Part shown: one piece after another, positions 45,680 through 55,991 of the stretch
How the letters are laid out: the number at the start of each line of letters is the position of its first letter
How positions within the stretch are numbered: the first letter of the stretch is position 1
Source of the DNA: Pirellulales bacterium
Lineage (GTDB): Bacteria > Planctomycetota > Planctomycetia > Pirellulales > PALSA-1355
Direction: 5' to 3'
Length of the DNA: 64,000 bases
Assembly: GCA_963733035.1 (NCBI GenBank)
Contig: CAVTBU010000006.1
Span: 1,003,391-1,067,390, forward strand
The notes under the pieces: model-generated
The model's input: only the letters and a program-made list of their open reading frames with translations
What the model was told of the DNA's origin: nothing
Database searches by the model: none
Position numbers and translations under genes: made by a program

Positions 45680-46711
45680 CTAGCGCTTCCGCTGGCAACC
45701 CCAGGCAGCCAAGCCGAGTGAACCAAGAATTGCCAGTCCCACGGTTGTCGGCTCGGGCACTGGGCTGAACTCCTGGACGCGGTTGTTGCCACCATCGGCG
45801 ACCCAGACATTGCCCAAGGCATCGACCTTCAGGCCCAGCGGAAGAACGAACTGACCGTTGCCGCCGCCGTACATGCCAAATTGGGTGAGGTACGCTCCAC
45901 TGCTGGTGAATTCTTGGACGCGGTTGTTGTTCGAGTCAGAGACCCAGATATTGCCCGAACCATCGATCGTCAGACAAGATGGGTCGTTGAACTCGCCGTT
46001 GCCAGTGCCGAACGAACCGAACTGAGTAACATATATCCCGCTACTAGTGAATTCCTGGACGCGGGCGTTGCCACTATCGACGACCCAGATGTTGCCCGAC
46101 CCATCGACCGCCAAGCCCGTTGGAAAACTGAACTGACCATCGCCGCTACCGTAGTTGCCAAATTGCGTGAGGTATGTGCCACTGCTGGTGAATTCTTGGA
46201 TCCGGTTGTTTTGTCCATCGGCGACCCAGATGTTGCCGGACCCATCGATTGCGATGGCTGATGGATAGTTGAACTGACCATTGCCACTGCCGAGCGTGCC
46301 AAATTGCGTAACATATATGCCGCTGCTTGTGAATTCTTGAACACGGTGGTTGAGCGTATCGGTGACCCAGATGTTGCCCGACCCATCAAACGTCAGGTCA
46401 TACGGAAATCGGAGTTGACCGTTGCCAGTGCCGTACGTGCCAAATTGCGTGAGGTACGCACCGCTACCGGTGAATTCTTGAACACGGAAGTTGCTGGAAT
46501 CGACGACCCAAATGTTGCCCGACCCATCAAGTGCCAAGCCATACGGCATGTTAAGCTCACCGTCGCCAGTGCCAAAGGTGCCGAAAGACTGAACGAATTG
46601 ATAGGTGGTAGCGTGGGCCTGACGATCACTCGCCAGAACAACCACCAAAGTTGCCAGTGGCGCGACGAGGAACGTCGTAAAGAAGTGTATCGACGCGATA
46701 GTCCGGCTCAT
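45680..46711 (-). CDS. Six-bladed NHL-repeat PEP-CTERM protein
   Basis: Six FG..G.G.GQ...P.GL..DGSGNIWV.D..N.RVQEF repeats; VPEPTTVGLAILG tail; AAGGAG SD. Confidence 0.93.
   Translation of the reverse strand: MSRTIASIHFFTTFLVAPLATLVVVLASDRQAHATTYQFVQSFGTFGTGDGELNMPYGLALDGSGNIWVVDSSNFRVQEFTGSGAYLTQFGTYGTGNGQLRFPYDLTFDGSGNIWVTDTLNHRVQEFTSSGIYVTQFGTLGSGNGQFNYPSAIAIDGSGNIWVADGQNNRIQEFTSSGTYLTQFGNYGSGDGQFSFPTGLAVDGSGNIWVVDSGNARVQEFTSSGIYVTQFGSFGTGNGEFNDPSCLTIDGSGNIWVSDSNNNRVQEFTSSGAYLTQFGMYGGGNGQFVLPLGLKVDALGNVWVADGGNNRVQEFSPVPEPTTVGLAILGSLGLAAWGCQRKR
45760..46600. repeat. Six tandem 141-bp intragenic repeats
   Basis: GACCCA anchor at 45800, 45941, 46082, 46223, 46364 and 46505 (exact 141-bp period). 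Confidence 0.95.
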
Positions 46712-47006
46712 TAGTCGTCTCCTTTTCGGGCGGTCGCGGCAGATTGCGGCGAGCGCCGAATCGAAACAAAAAAGGCACAGGCGTCTTCTAAGCACCGGGC
46801 ACGGCAGCGGCCCTCACGTTTGCGGAAGTTGGCGGCGAACGCTATTCGCAAGTCTCGCGACTCGCTTTCCGGGTGTCAATTTCTCCCACCCGAGAATTCT
46901 TGAAATTTCCTGCGAAACCGGCTCGCAGGCCGGTGGCTCGGTGCGTGTGACATCGCTTGAACTCGGTGCCGAAAGAGCCATGGGGCTCGCGGCAATAAGT
47001 GCATTG

Positions 47007-47390
47007 CTAGCTCTGCAACATTTCGATTGCCTGCTCGCGCGTCGTGGCCCATTCGAACACGGAGTTCTGCGAAGTGGGATTGATCAGCAGTTGCGTCACG
47101 GAGAAGACTTCGTGGACGAAACTGCTGAGATTGCAGAGCACCAGGCGCCCCTGCCGCTCGTTGACAGTGCGCTTGGCGTTTAAGAATGGCACGACGCCGA
47201 CGCTGGCGATGTACTCGAGGTTGTGCAAATCGATAACGACCGCGCTGGTGTCGGCCTGGCTGATCGCATCCACCAGTTCGCGACCGATCGCGGTGCACAG
47301 TTCGTACTCCGCCATCTCCTTCTCGTTGATGGTCAGCACCAGCACGCCGGATTGTTGTTCGAGCAGAATGTGCGGAGGGTCTGTATCCAT
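47007..47390 (-). CDS. STAS-domain anti-sigma factor antagonist
   Basis: VVIDLHNLEYIASVG, GRLVLCNLS..VHEVF.VT.L. Confidence 0.88.
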   Translation of the reverse strand: MDTDPPHILLEQQSGVLVLTINEKEMAEYELCTAIGRELVDAISQADTSAVVIDLHNLEYIASVGVVPFLNAKRTVNERQGRLVLCNLSSFVHEVFSVTQLLINPTSQNSVFEWATTREQAIEMLQS

Positions 47391-47531
47391 CGTCGGCCGA
47401 TATTTCGTGATGCCTTGTTGCAGGACGGTTTGCCGCAGTTGTGACAGATTAACTCACGCCCGGAACCGCTTTCAAGGGTAACTTGGAGGCCGCGGCAGGT
47501 TGTCGAACATGAGGGAACCGGTCGCCGCCGT

Positions 47532-48716
47532 TCATGCGCTGAGGTCGATCTCGCGGGGCCATTGCTGGAAAGCTTCCCAATACGTTTTCTTCAGTGCGAT
47601 CTCGTCGTCTTCTGCTGAGGGTTGCACACGCCCGTGCACGTCGATGGCCCGCGAGACGACGGTGTGTTTGCCAGGCTGTAGCGCACCCAGGTCGATCGAA
47701 AAGAATACCCAGGAAAACTTTGCCCGAGGGTGTTCATCGAGCGTGGCGTCCTGCCACTGTCCGTCATCGACTTTGACTTGCACTTTCTGAATTCCCGTGC
47801 CGTCGTCCCAGGCAGCGCCATAGGCCTTCAGTGGAATGGCTCCATCTTTCGTCGGACCGCGCGTGATCCGGGCCACGATCGACTTCAGGTTCATTCGCGT
47901 AACGGAGGTCTCCACGAACACGACCTCGCCATCTCGTCGCTCGCCCCGCACGGTCACGTAGTCGCGGCCCATGAAACGGCCCATATAGCGGCTGTCGCGG
48001 ACTTCGATTCGCTTGAGCCATTTCACATTGGCGATTCCATACCAGCCGGGGACAATCAGCCGCACGGGAGCCCCGTTTCGCCACTCGATTGGTTCTCCGT
48101 CTCGTTCGTAGGCCAGCAATAGATTGAGCTTCAGCGCGTCGTCGATCGACATGCTGCGGCCGAAAGGGACCTTCACGGTTAGCTCACGTTCGGTGCCTTT
48201 GCGTAGGGTTTCTTCGTTGGTGTCGTAGCCAAAAAAGACAATCTCTTTCGCATCGGATTTCAGCCCGCACTCCTGCAGAATCGGCGCCAGAGGCGTTCCG
48301 ACCCACTTTCCGTTGTAGATGGCATTCATGAAACCCTTCGACGCGCCGTTTCCGGAACACTCCAAGGTCATCAACTGTTCTTTCTTCGGCAGGGCTTTCA
48401 ATTGATCGAGCGTGAAGGTTTTCGGCGTGTCGATGAGTCCCGTGAATTCGAGTTTGAAATTATCGACGTCCACTTCCGGTATATCGTAGTGCTGGACGCT
48501 AAAGACCTGATCGGCGGGCGTGATCCACGAGTCGAGGGTTTCCCAGTCGAGCCGGTTGGGCGGCGTTCGCGGCATGTCGAGAAAGGGAACGAGTTCTTCG
48601 TCGGACCCCTCGCCGGGAAATACGAAGCCGGGCATCGACAGGTGAGCCACCGCGGCGGCAATGGCCGCGGAACCGACTTTGAGCGCCTCGCGTCGTGTCT
48701 GCGGTTGCTGCTTCAT
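47532..48716 (-). CDS. Sulfite-oxidase-family molybdoenzyme, Tat signal
   Basis: TRREALK, TLECSGNG, W.GTPL, FGRSM, NGAPVRLIVPGWYGIANVKWL, C-terminal dimerisation domain. Confidence 0.9.
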   Translation of the reverse strand: MKQQPQTRREALKVGSAAIAAAVAHLSMPGFVFPGEGSDEELVPFLDMPRTPPNRLDWETLDSWITPADQVFSVQHYDIPEVDVDNFKLEFTGLIDTPKTFTLDQLKALPKKEQLMTLECSGNGASKGFMNAIYNGKWVGTPLAPILQECGLKSDAKEIVFFGYDTNEETLRKGTERELTVKVPFGRSMSIDDALKLNLLLAYERDGEPIEWRNGAPVRLIVPGWYGIANVKWLKRIEVRDSRYMGRFMGRDYVTVRGERRDGEVVFVETSVTRMNLKSIVARITRGPTKDGAIPLKAYGAAWDDGTGIQKVQVKVDDGQWQDATLDEHPRAKFSWVFFSIDLGALQPGKHTVVSRAIDVHGRVQPSAEDDEIALKKTYWEAFQQWPREIDLSA

Positions 48717-48779
48717 CGATTCTCTCCTTCGGATTGCTCGAGCGGGTGGCGGTTGGCGGAAACGAGTGGGAACTTTAAC

Positions 48780-49514
48780 CTACGGACGCTTGGCAGGCGC
48801 GTCGTCCGGCGAAACAACAATATCGAGTTGCGTTGTTTTGCCGGCCTCGACTTTGATCTTCCGGCTCGAGCGCAATTGTCCGGCCGGGTGGACCATTTCC
48901 AGCACGTATTCTCCCGCCGGAATGTTCGCCAGGCGAAAGCGGCCATCGGTGCTCGTAAGTTGATAATACGGGTGATCGAACACGTAGATCCAAGCTCGCA
49001 TGGCGCTATGGTAAGCACACCCAATCTGGTACGGCAAGCGGATGCCACCCGCCCGTCGAAAGGTTTCCACGTGCTCTCCGCCGGACGGCATGCTGGTGTT
49101 GAACGAGTGCCTCGAATCCGAGGTCCGCACGCTGTGCACCTCTTTGTCGCTATTGAGAAATTTGACGCGATCTCCAGCCCGAATTGCAAGCGTTTCCGGG
49201 ATGAACTGGAAGTTCTGCTGGTCGACGACGACGGTGGCCGGTTTGTCGGACGGCTCACGCGGGACGGCTGGGGATTTCAGCGCGACGACGGCCTCGGCAA
49301 GCTGTCCCTGCTGACGATCTTTCACGTAGTAGCGGGCATATCGCCACGGGCGCCGAGCATCTTCTCGATAGATCACGGTGCCTTCCACGGAGCCTGTCGA
49401 TCGGCTCACCGGCGCCTGCGGCTCTGCTGAAGCCGGTTCCTCCGCGATCAAGCGACCATGCGTCATGCATACTGTCAACACTCCGGCTAAGAAGACCAAC
49501 GGTCGTGGCTGCAT
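48780..49514 (-). CDS. Secreted cupredoxin-like protein with carboxypeptidase-regulatory-like domain
   Basis: VDQQNFQFIP, FLNSD..VHSV, CAYHSAM, HPYY...DGRFRLANIPAGEY...HP. Confidence 0.8.
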   Translation of the reverse strand: MQPRPLVFLAGVLTVCMTHGRLIAEEPASAEPQAPVSRSTGSVEGTVIYREDARRPWRYARYYVKDRQQGQLAEAVVALKSPAVPREPSDKPATVVVDQQNFQFIPETLAIRAGDRVKFLNSDKEVHSVRTSDSRHSFNTSMPSGGEHVETFRRAGGIRLPYQIGCAYHSAMRAWIYVFDHPYYQLTSTDGRFRLANIPAGEYVLEMVHPAGQLRSSRKIKVEAGKTTQLDIVVSPDDAPAKRP

Positions 49515-49897
49515 ACGATGGTACTTTCAGTCTTACTCGTTCCGATGTCTGAGGGACAACGATTGAGGGCTAGCGAATTAACGGCATCGTCATTTCAGGC
49601 CCAAACTCCAAGTTTGCCGAAGCTGCCGTTGCTCATCGCTGATCCATGAGTTGCCCAGCAGCCGGCCGAAGCATTCCCGGGGCGCCGCCGCCTGCCGGCG
49701 TTTCGCACTTGATGCGAGCACCATTGTAACGCGCGTCAATGCGAGTTTGATCCCTGCTGGTGAGCCAGATTCCGCAACGGTTCCGTTGTTGCGGCTCGCC
49801 GCTTTCCGACGATTCGGCACTTTTGGTGGAGTTCCCTTTGGCAACGGGTTATGATGCTCTCGCGTTGATTCCTACGACTCTGCTCACAGGTGAAAAC

Positions 49898-50470
49898 ATG
49901 ACGGCGGCAATTCGGCGTTCCATTCTGGCGATGATTTTGATGACCTGCGGTACCATGGCGCGTGCGGGCGACACTTACACGGTCGACCCGGTACATTCCT
50001 CGATCTCGTTTATGATCTCTCACGCTGGAATCAGCAATATACACGGACGTTTCAACGCATTCTCGGGAAAGATCACGATCGATTCGGCCGATCCGAGCAA
50101 GTCGTCGTTTGAAATGTCGATTCCGATCGAGAGCATCGATACGAACAACGTCAAACGCGACGAGCACCTCCGCGCTCCCGACTATTTCAATGTCAAGCAG
50201 TTTCCGACCATGTCGTTTCAAAGCACGAAGGTCGATGCCGTTGACGGTGGTTACAAGGTGACCGGTGACCTGACATTGCACGGGGTAACCAAGTCCGTTT
50301 CGTTCACGCTTGAGGGGGGCAACAAGGTTGTTGAGTTTCCCAAGGGAACCAAGCGGATCGGACTGGTCTCGACATTCTCAATTCGACGCAGCGACTTTGG
50401 CGTGGACGCCGAGCCCAAGGCGTTGGGCGACGAGATTCCGATTATGATCGGTATCGAGGCGGCCAGGTAA
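49898..50470 (+). CDS. YceI family protein
   Basis: YTVDPVHSSISF, SIDTNNVKRDEHLR.PDYF, VTGDLTLHGVTK, RSDFG. Confidence 0.93.
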   Translation: MTAAIRRSILAMILMTCGTMARAGDTYTVDPVHSSISFMISHAGISNIHGRFNAFSGKITIDSADPSKSSFEMSIPIESIDTNNVKRDEHLRAPDYFNVKQFPTMSFQSTKVDAVDGGYKVTGDLTLHGVTKSVSFTLEGGNKVVEFPKGTKRIGLVSTFSIRRSDFGVDAEPKALGDEIPIMIGIEAAR

Positions 50471-50547
50471 AATCACGCCTGCGGACGTTTCGCGAAGCGA
50501 ACCGTACCGTGCGCCTGGCGACCCGCGCACCACGGGAGATGGCGCGA

Positions 50548-51484
50548 ATGCTGGATGTCGTTCTGCTGGCGAAGGCGGTGCTGACCGGGGCGCTGACTGC
50601 CGTCGCGGTCATGCTCTTGGCCGCCTGGGGCACGCGGCGCCAGTGGCCACGAACCGCATGCTGGAGCTGGGCCATTGGTGCCGGAGTCCTTGCGGCCAGC
50701 GGCGTTACCGATCGATGGCCGAATTGGCCCGCGCTCGAGGACCGCTCACGGATTCTAACGGTACTCGTGCCGTTAACGGTGGTGGTCGAAACCCTGACGG
50801 CGAGGATGCGGTCGGGCCGAGCGGCGTGGGTCGTTCGCGTGGGACTGGCGGCCGTGGCAACGCCGATCCTGCTTCACAACACGGTGTATCTGACGGATCT
50901 GAACGGACCGAATTCGGCCGAATGGTCGCCCGCCCAGGCGACCATTGTCTTGGGCGGACTCGCCGGTATTCTAGCGCTAGTGTGGACGACGTTGAGCTGT
51001 CTGCAATCGCGGACTTCGACTCCGGCAGTGCTGTGGGTCCTGGTTCTCGACGCATCGGCGGCCGCCTTTACAGTCATGCTTTCGGGCTATTACCGTGGAG
51101 GACTGTTGGGACTGGGTCTGGCCGGTGCGCTGGCCGGTGCGACGGTCGCGTCGTACATCACCCATCCGCAGCCGACGAACAGGGGCAGCCTGGGGATGGG
51201 GGTGGTTGGCATCTTTGCGGTGGTGCTCGTCGGCCGATTCTTCGGCAGCCTTTCGACCAGCTTCGCGGCATGGCTGCTGCTTGCGCCGTTGTTGGCGTGG
51301 ACCGTCGAACTCCCTCCGCTACGCACGCTCGCGCCAGGTTGGCGAGGTGCCGGCCGCCTGGTCCTGCGTCGCGGTGCCACTAATCGTCGTCGTGATTCAC
51401 GCGCAGCGTAACTTCGCCGCGGCCTCCACCGCTCGTTCCAGGCCGTCCGAGCCGCGTGTCGTTTGCGATTCGATTGAAAAATAG
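50548..51484 (+). CDS. Multi-pass membrane protein of unknown function (frameshift ~51365)
   Basis: About 9-10 hydrophobic segments; the last TM (VAVPLIVVVIHAQ) is in the 51095..51484 frame. Confidence 0.7.
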
Positions 51485-51888
51485 TGGGGGAAATTGCACG
51501 ACCGTCGCTGGCCATTTGACGGGGGGATTTGGAGGGTGATGCCAAGAACCGTTCCTTCGATGCGCTCCGCTTCAAGCCGTTTTGGCGGCCAACGTTCAAT
51601 CGATCGCGAGGCTCGTAAGCGGCGTGAGTTCGCGGCGTTGGAAGCGTGCGTCAAAAAAACCCGAGTGAGAATCGAGAACGAGCCCAGCGGTGGCTCTCAT
51701 CAGACTGCCGTTCTTCGAGATTCCGAAAGGAAGTCGGTTTGACGGGCCAGCCGCCGTCCCGGCTGTGATTGGAGGTCATCATAACTGGGGCCAACAGCTT
51801 AGCTCGACGCGGAAGTGCTCCGAGGCGATAATCAGGCCATTGACTTGGACGTTTTTCGTCGAATTGAGGCCTCGGGGGTTGGGAATCG

Positions 51889-52887
51889 ATGCCCACAGAT
51901 GAAGTCACGCGGGAACCTTTGAAACCAGCCACGCCAAGGAAGCGGCGAATTTGGCGGTTTCTGGGCCTGGTGTTGCTGCTATTTGTCGTGGCGGCAGCGG
52001 CATTGCTCTGGTGGATGCTGCCGGGAGTGCACCGTGTCGCGCACAACGCGCAGTTGCCCACGCGATTTTCCAATGGGCTGATCTACGTCGAGCCGGAGAC
52101 CTCCGCGGGCGTTAAGCTAACCTTGCTGACTGACACTGGTGGCGGACTGTACGTAACTAAACAGGCAGTTGAACGCACGGGAATGCAGCCGATTTCCGTT
52201 TTTGGCTCGATGCTGACTCGACTCCCGGCCTTTCGCCCAACAGCGTGGATTCCTGAGGTGACGGGTGCCGAGAAGTGGATGTCGGTCGCGGACATGGGCG
52301 GAGACGGCATGCTTGGCCAGCGATGGTTTGCCGGTGGAGTGTGGACGTTCGACTACCCGGCGCAAAAGCTCATCCTGCACCACCAGCCGTTCTCTCCCTC
52401 TCCATCGGAAGCGGCTCACGCCATACCGCTGGGGTTCTTACATCAATTCGGCATCCGCACGGGTCATCATCCGCGGTTCACGATCCGCGTCGCTGGCGAG
52501 CCGATCGAAGCGCTTCTCGATACGGGCGCCACAGTGTGGCTGACCCCCGAGGCGACTAAAATGGTTGGCGAGCCAGGCGACTCCGAACGTGCGACTAGTT
52601 TCGTCTCCGCCAGACTGTTCGACCACTGGCACAAGGCGCACCCCGAGTGGCGTGTAATCAACAAGGGGTGTGAGATGAGCGATGCGGATCTAATTGAGGT
52701 GCCCGAGATCGAAGTAGCCGGCCTGCACGCGGGCCCCGTCTGGTTCACGTGCCGCGGCGATGGTAGCTACGCTTGGATGTCGTCGTTCATGGATGCTCCG
52801 ATTTCGGCGTCAATCGGCGGCAACTTTTTTCGTCATTTTCGCCTGACGATCGATTATCCGAACGCGATTGCCTATCTTGAGCAGTGA
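51889..52887 (+). CDS. Membrane-anchored aspartyl-protease-like protein
   Basis: Two DTG motifs (LLTDTGG, LLDTGAT), each followed by a G(M/S)(L/I)G..F / IDY-type motif; N-terminal TM. Confidence 0.75.
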   Translation: MPTDEVTREPLKPATPRKRRIWRFLGLVLLLFVVAAAALLWWMLPGVHRVAHNAQLPTRFSNGLIYVEPETSAGVKLTLLTDTGGGLYVTKQAVERTGMQPISVFGSMLTRLPAFRPTAWIPEVTGAEKWMSVADMGGDGMLGQRWFAGGVWTFDYPAQKLILHHQPFSPSPSEAAHAIPLGFLHQFGIRTGHHPRFTIRVAGEPIEALLDTGATVWLTPEATKMVGEPGDSERATSFVSARLFDHWHKAHPEWRVINKGCEMSDADLIEVPEIEVAGLHAGPVWFTCRGDGSYAWMSSFMDAPISASIGGNFFRHFRLTIDYPNAIAYLEQ

Positions 52888-53022
52888 GTCGCGCAATGCG
52901 TGCAAAATCAAGTGGTGGGCGGTGTCCGGCACGCATCTGCCGTGCCGTAAGTATGGTCGAAACCCTACATCCACCAAAAGGCATGGCTAGCTGAGAAGCT
53001 ATGTGATTGGCGCCTCAACATC

Positions 53023-53874
53023 TCACCCGGCCAGCGCACACTTCTCCGCGGCCTCGACCGTTTGGGCCATGAGTGTGGCGATCGTCATCGGTCCCACACC
53101 ACCCGGGACTGGAGTGTAGGCCGAACATTTGTCAATGACCGCGGCGAGTTCAACGTCACCAACGTTGCCGGGATGATAGCCCGCGTCGACGACAACGGCG
53201 CCGGCTTTGATCCAGGACCCTTTGATGAACTCCGGTTTACCAACGGCCCCGACCACGATGTCGGCCTGGGCGACCAGCTCGGGGAGTCCGTGTGTCTTGG
53301 AGTGACACATCGTCACCGTGGCGTTGGCATTCAAGAGCATCATGGCCACCGGTTTGCCGAGGATCGGACTTCGGCCCACAACCACGGCATGCCGCGCTTC
53401 AATCGGGATTTCGTAGTGTCGCAATAGCCGCATCATTCCAGCAGGCGTCGCAGAGCCATAGGCTGGCTCACTCATGGCCATTCTGCCAAACCCGTGGCAG
53501 GTCACGCCGTCCACGTCCTTCTCGATACTGATCCGGTCGAAACAAAGGCGTTCGGCAATTTGCGGCGGGACAGGGTGTTGCAAGAGAATCCCCCGCACGT
53601 CAGCGTCGGAGTTTAATCGATCGATTTGGTCGAGCAACTGCTCGGTGGTGGTCTCTTGTGGCAGGACAATTCGCAGAGAGTCCATCCCCATACGCTGGCA
53701 GGCATTTCCCTTCATGCGCACGTAGGTGGCCGAGGCAGGATCGTCGCCAACCAGAATGGTTGCCAGGACGGGCGGTTTGCCGCCAGCTCTGTCCTTGAGC
53801 CTATGGACACGGACGGCAAGTTCTGCTTCGATTTGCCGCGCCAACAGTTTACCGTCGAGAACGATTGCCGCCAT
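53023..53874 (-). CDS. folD: Methylenetetrahydrofolate dehydrogenase/cyclohydrolase
   Basis: [50 protein letters not shown]. Confidence 0.97.
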   Translation of the reverse strand: MAAIVLDGKLLARQIEAELAVRVHRLKDRAGGKPPVLATILVGDDPASATYVRMKGNACQRMGMDSLRIVLPQETTTEQLLDQIDRLNSDADVRGILLQHPVPPQIAERLCFDRISIEKDVDGVTCHGFGRMAMSEPAYGSATPAGMMRLLRHYEIPIEARHAVVVGRSPILGKPVAMMLLNANATVTMCHSKTHGLPELVAQADIVVGAVGKPEFIKGSWIKAGAVVVDAGYHPGNVGDVELAAVIDKCSAYTPVPGGVGPMTIATLMAQTVEAAEKCALAG

Positions 53875-53930
53875 CTTCTTCCCTCCCCCCACCATGATGA
53901 TCGGATTGCGCAGGACTGGCCAGTGTGTTT

Positions 53931-54000
53931 GGAGTGCCGTTCGCACCATGCCCGCGGAGCTGCAAATAGAAAGTAGGTTCAGAGCACTCCTGCAAATCGC
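53931..54000 (-). ncRNA. Candidate structured cis-regulatory leader of folD (SAH-riboswitch-like)
   Basis: AGGAGUGCU...CAGCUC...AACGGCACUCC with GGAGUGC/GCACUCC pairing, ending 56 nt before the ATG. Confidence 0.3.
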
Positions 54001-54679
54001 TCGACTGATGGGCCGGCATTCAAGCAATTCGGCGGTCATCGTTCCGTCGAAGGGATGTCTTAACGTATCGCAACGTTCCAGAACAACGACTGTTTGTTCA
54101 AATCGGACTTATTCAACGGACCTGGTGGTTTGGTGTGAGCCAAAGGTAGAAAACATCATTGGCCCGACGGCATATTGCCACCTCGGCGGCAGGGCATGCT
54201 CTGTCAGCAACCCCGTTGAGTGTCGTGTGAGCAAGAAGTCCAATCGATTGGCGAGGGGACATCGAGGCAGCCTGCGTAATATGCCAAAGGGAGGCGGTGA
54301 GCGCAAGATTCTAAGGGCAATGCTTCAACATCGAATTAATCGAGGCAAGACACAAGATCATCGGGCACGCCGCGACCACAAAACGCTTTGGGGCGCTGGG
54401 GCTTATGCAACGGGGCGACGCGCAACCTAGGTGCGCTGAGAATCTAGTTGCGCGCGAAGGCAAGCGTCTCGCCGAGGATGCTAACCGCCGCGTGATTGCG
54501 CGAGCGAGCGCTGGCAGTAAGGCATGTGGTTTGCACGCAAATGAGCTGGACTGCGCGCGTTCAACTTCAAAATGTGGAAGCCGACTGCTACGGTGATCAC
54601 CAACCGGCACGCACCGGAAACTCTCGCTCGGTCCACGTCGCGGCGCTTACTCAATCCGAATCGCAGAAAAGGAATACCC

Positions 54680-55774
54680 ATGTCCACTTCCGGCCAAACC
54701 CGCAACAAACCGGCCCGCGAATTGAAGCAGAGCCCATCGGCGTCTACCTCAACGGCCCAATCCGCCGGAGGCTACAAAGCATGGGTTGCCACGGCGGCGA
54801 AACAACCCATGGTATTGGAAACGCTCGAACTTGGACCACTTGGGGCCGAGGACGTTGAGGTCGCCGTCGAACATTGCGGCTTGTGTCACTCGGATCTCTC
54901 GGCGCTGAACAATGATTGGGGCAATTCGCAGTACCCCGCGATTCTCGGACACGAAGTGACTGGACGGGTCACGGCCGTCGGTCCGAATGCCAAGGGAATC
55001 GAGGTCGGACAGCGGGTCGGTGTTGGCTGGAACTCGGGAAGCTGCATGCACTGTCACCAATGCATGTCGGGCAACCATCACCTTTGCCCGCAAGTGCAGC
55101 CAACCATCTTCGGTCATCGTGGTGGGTTTGCCACCCATATCCGCGCGCACTGGGCTTGGACCATACCACTGCCGGACAAGCTCAACTACTCCGAGACCGG
55201 ACCGCTCCTATGCGGAGGCATCACCGTTTTTGCGCCGCTGGCAAACTATGCCAAGCCAACGGACCGAGTGGGCATCATCGGCATTGGCGGCCTAGGCCAC
55301 ATGGCGGTCAAATTCGCGGCGGCCTACGCGTGCGACGTGACGGCGTTCACGTCGAGCGAGAGCAAATTCGACGAGGCAAAGGGATTCGGGGCGAACCAGG
55401 TCGTATCGAGCAAGGACTCGGCGGCGATTAAAAAGCTTGGTGGCAGCTTCGACCTTCTGATCAGCACCGTCAACGTGAAGCTGGATTGGGACGCGATGAT
55501 CGGCACGCTGGCGCCCAACGGCCGGTTGCACGTCGTCGGCGCTGTGTTAGAACCGATTCCGGTAGCCGCATTCTCACTCATCTTACAGCAACGTAGCGTC
55601 TCGGGTTCGCCGTCAGGCTCGCCGGTGGCGATCGAGACAATGCTCGACTTCGCTGCACGGCACAAGATCACGCCGCAAACCGAACATTTCCCGATGAGCA
55701 GAATCAACGAGGCCTTCACCCGACTCGCATCAGGCAAGGCCCGCTACCGCATCGTGCTGGATGCGGATTTCTAG
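54680..55774 (+). CDS. Zn-dependent NAD(P)H alcohol dehydrogenase / aldehyde reductase (Ahr-like)
   Basis: CGLCHSD, GHE, C..C..C.......C, LLCGGITV, GIGGLGH, KARYRIVL. Confidence 0.93.
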   Translation: MSTSGQTRNKPARELKQSPSASTSTAQSAGGYKAWVATAAKQPMVLETLELGPLGAEDVEVAVEHCGLCHSDLSALNNDWGNSQYPAILGHEVTGRVTAVGPNAKGIEVGQRVGVGWNSGSCMHCHQCMSGNHHLCPQVQPTIFGHRGGFATHIRAHWAWTIPLPDKLNYSETGPLLCGGITVFAPLANYAKPTDRVGIIGIGGLGHMAVKFAAAYACDVTAFTSSESKFDEAKGFGANQVVSSKDSAAIKKLGGSFDLLISTVNVKLDWDAMIGTLAPNGRLHVVGAVLEPIPVAAFSLILQQRSVSGSPSGSPVAIETMLDFAARHKITPQTEHFPMSRINEAFTRLASGKARYRIVLDADF

Positions 55775-55991
55775 CCTGCTTGACCGTCGGCGACTCCTTT
55801 CCGGTGTCAAGACGTTGTCCAGGCAAAGCTCAGGAGCGGCCCACGCGAAACAGCCATCATCAGCGGAGCGTCGCAGGGAATCGGCGCGGCGTTCACTTGG
55901 ACGTAAAATGGCTCTCGTTTATCCGTTCAACCCTTGTTTTGACACACTGGATTTGCTGGCCCTACCAAGCGGCAAGCCTCGTTGGCCGCCG

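Noticed and set aside
45760..46600. 141-bp repeats as a CRISPR array
   Set aside because: They are in-frame coding NHL blades with no unique spacers and no cas genes.
53880..53930. ACTGGC upstream of folD as a ZMP/ZTP (pfl) riboswitch
   Set aside because: The GUGG/CCAC stem and the 3' CGCCUGGGC element are absent.
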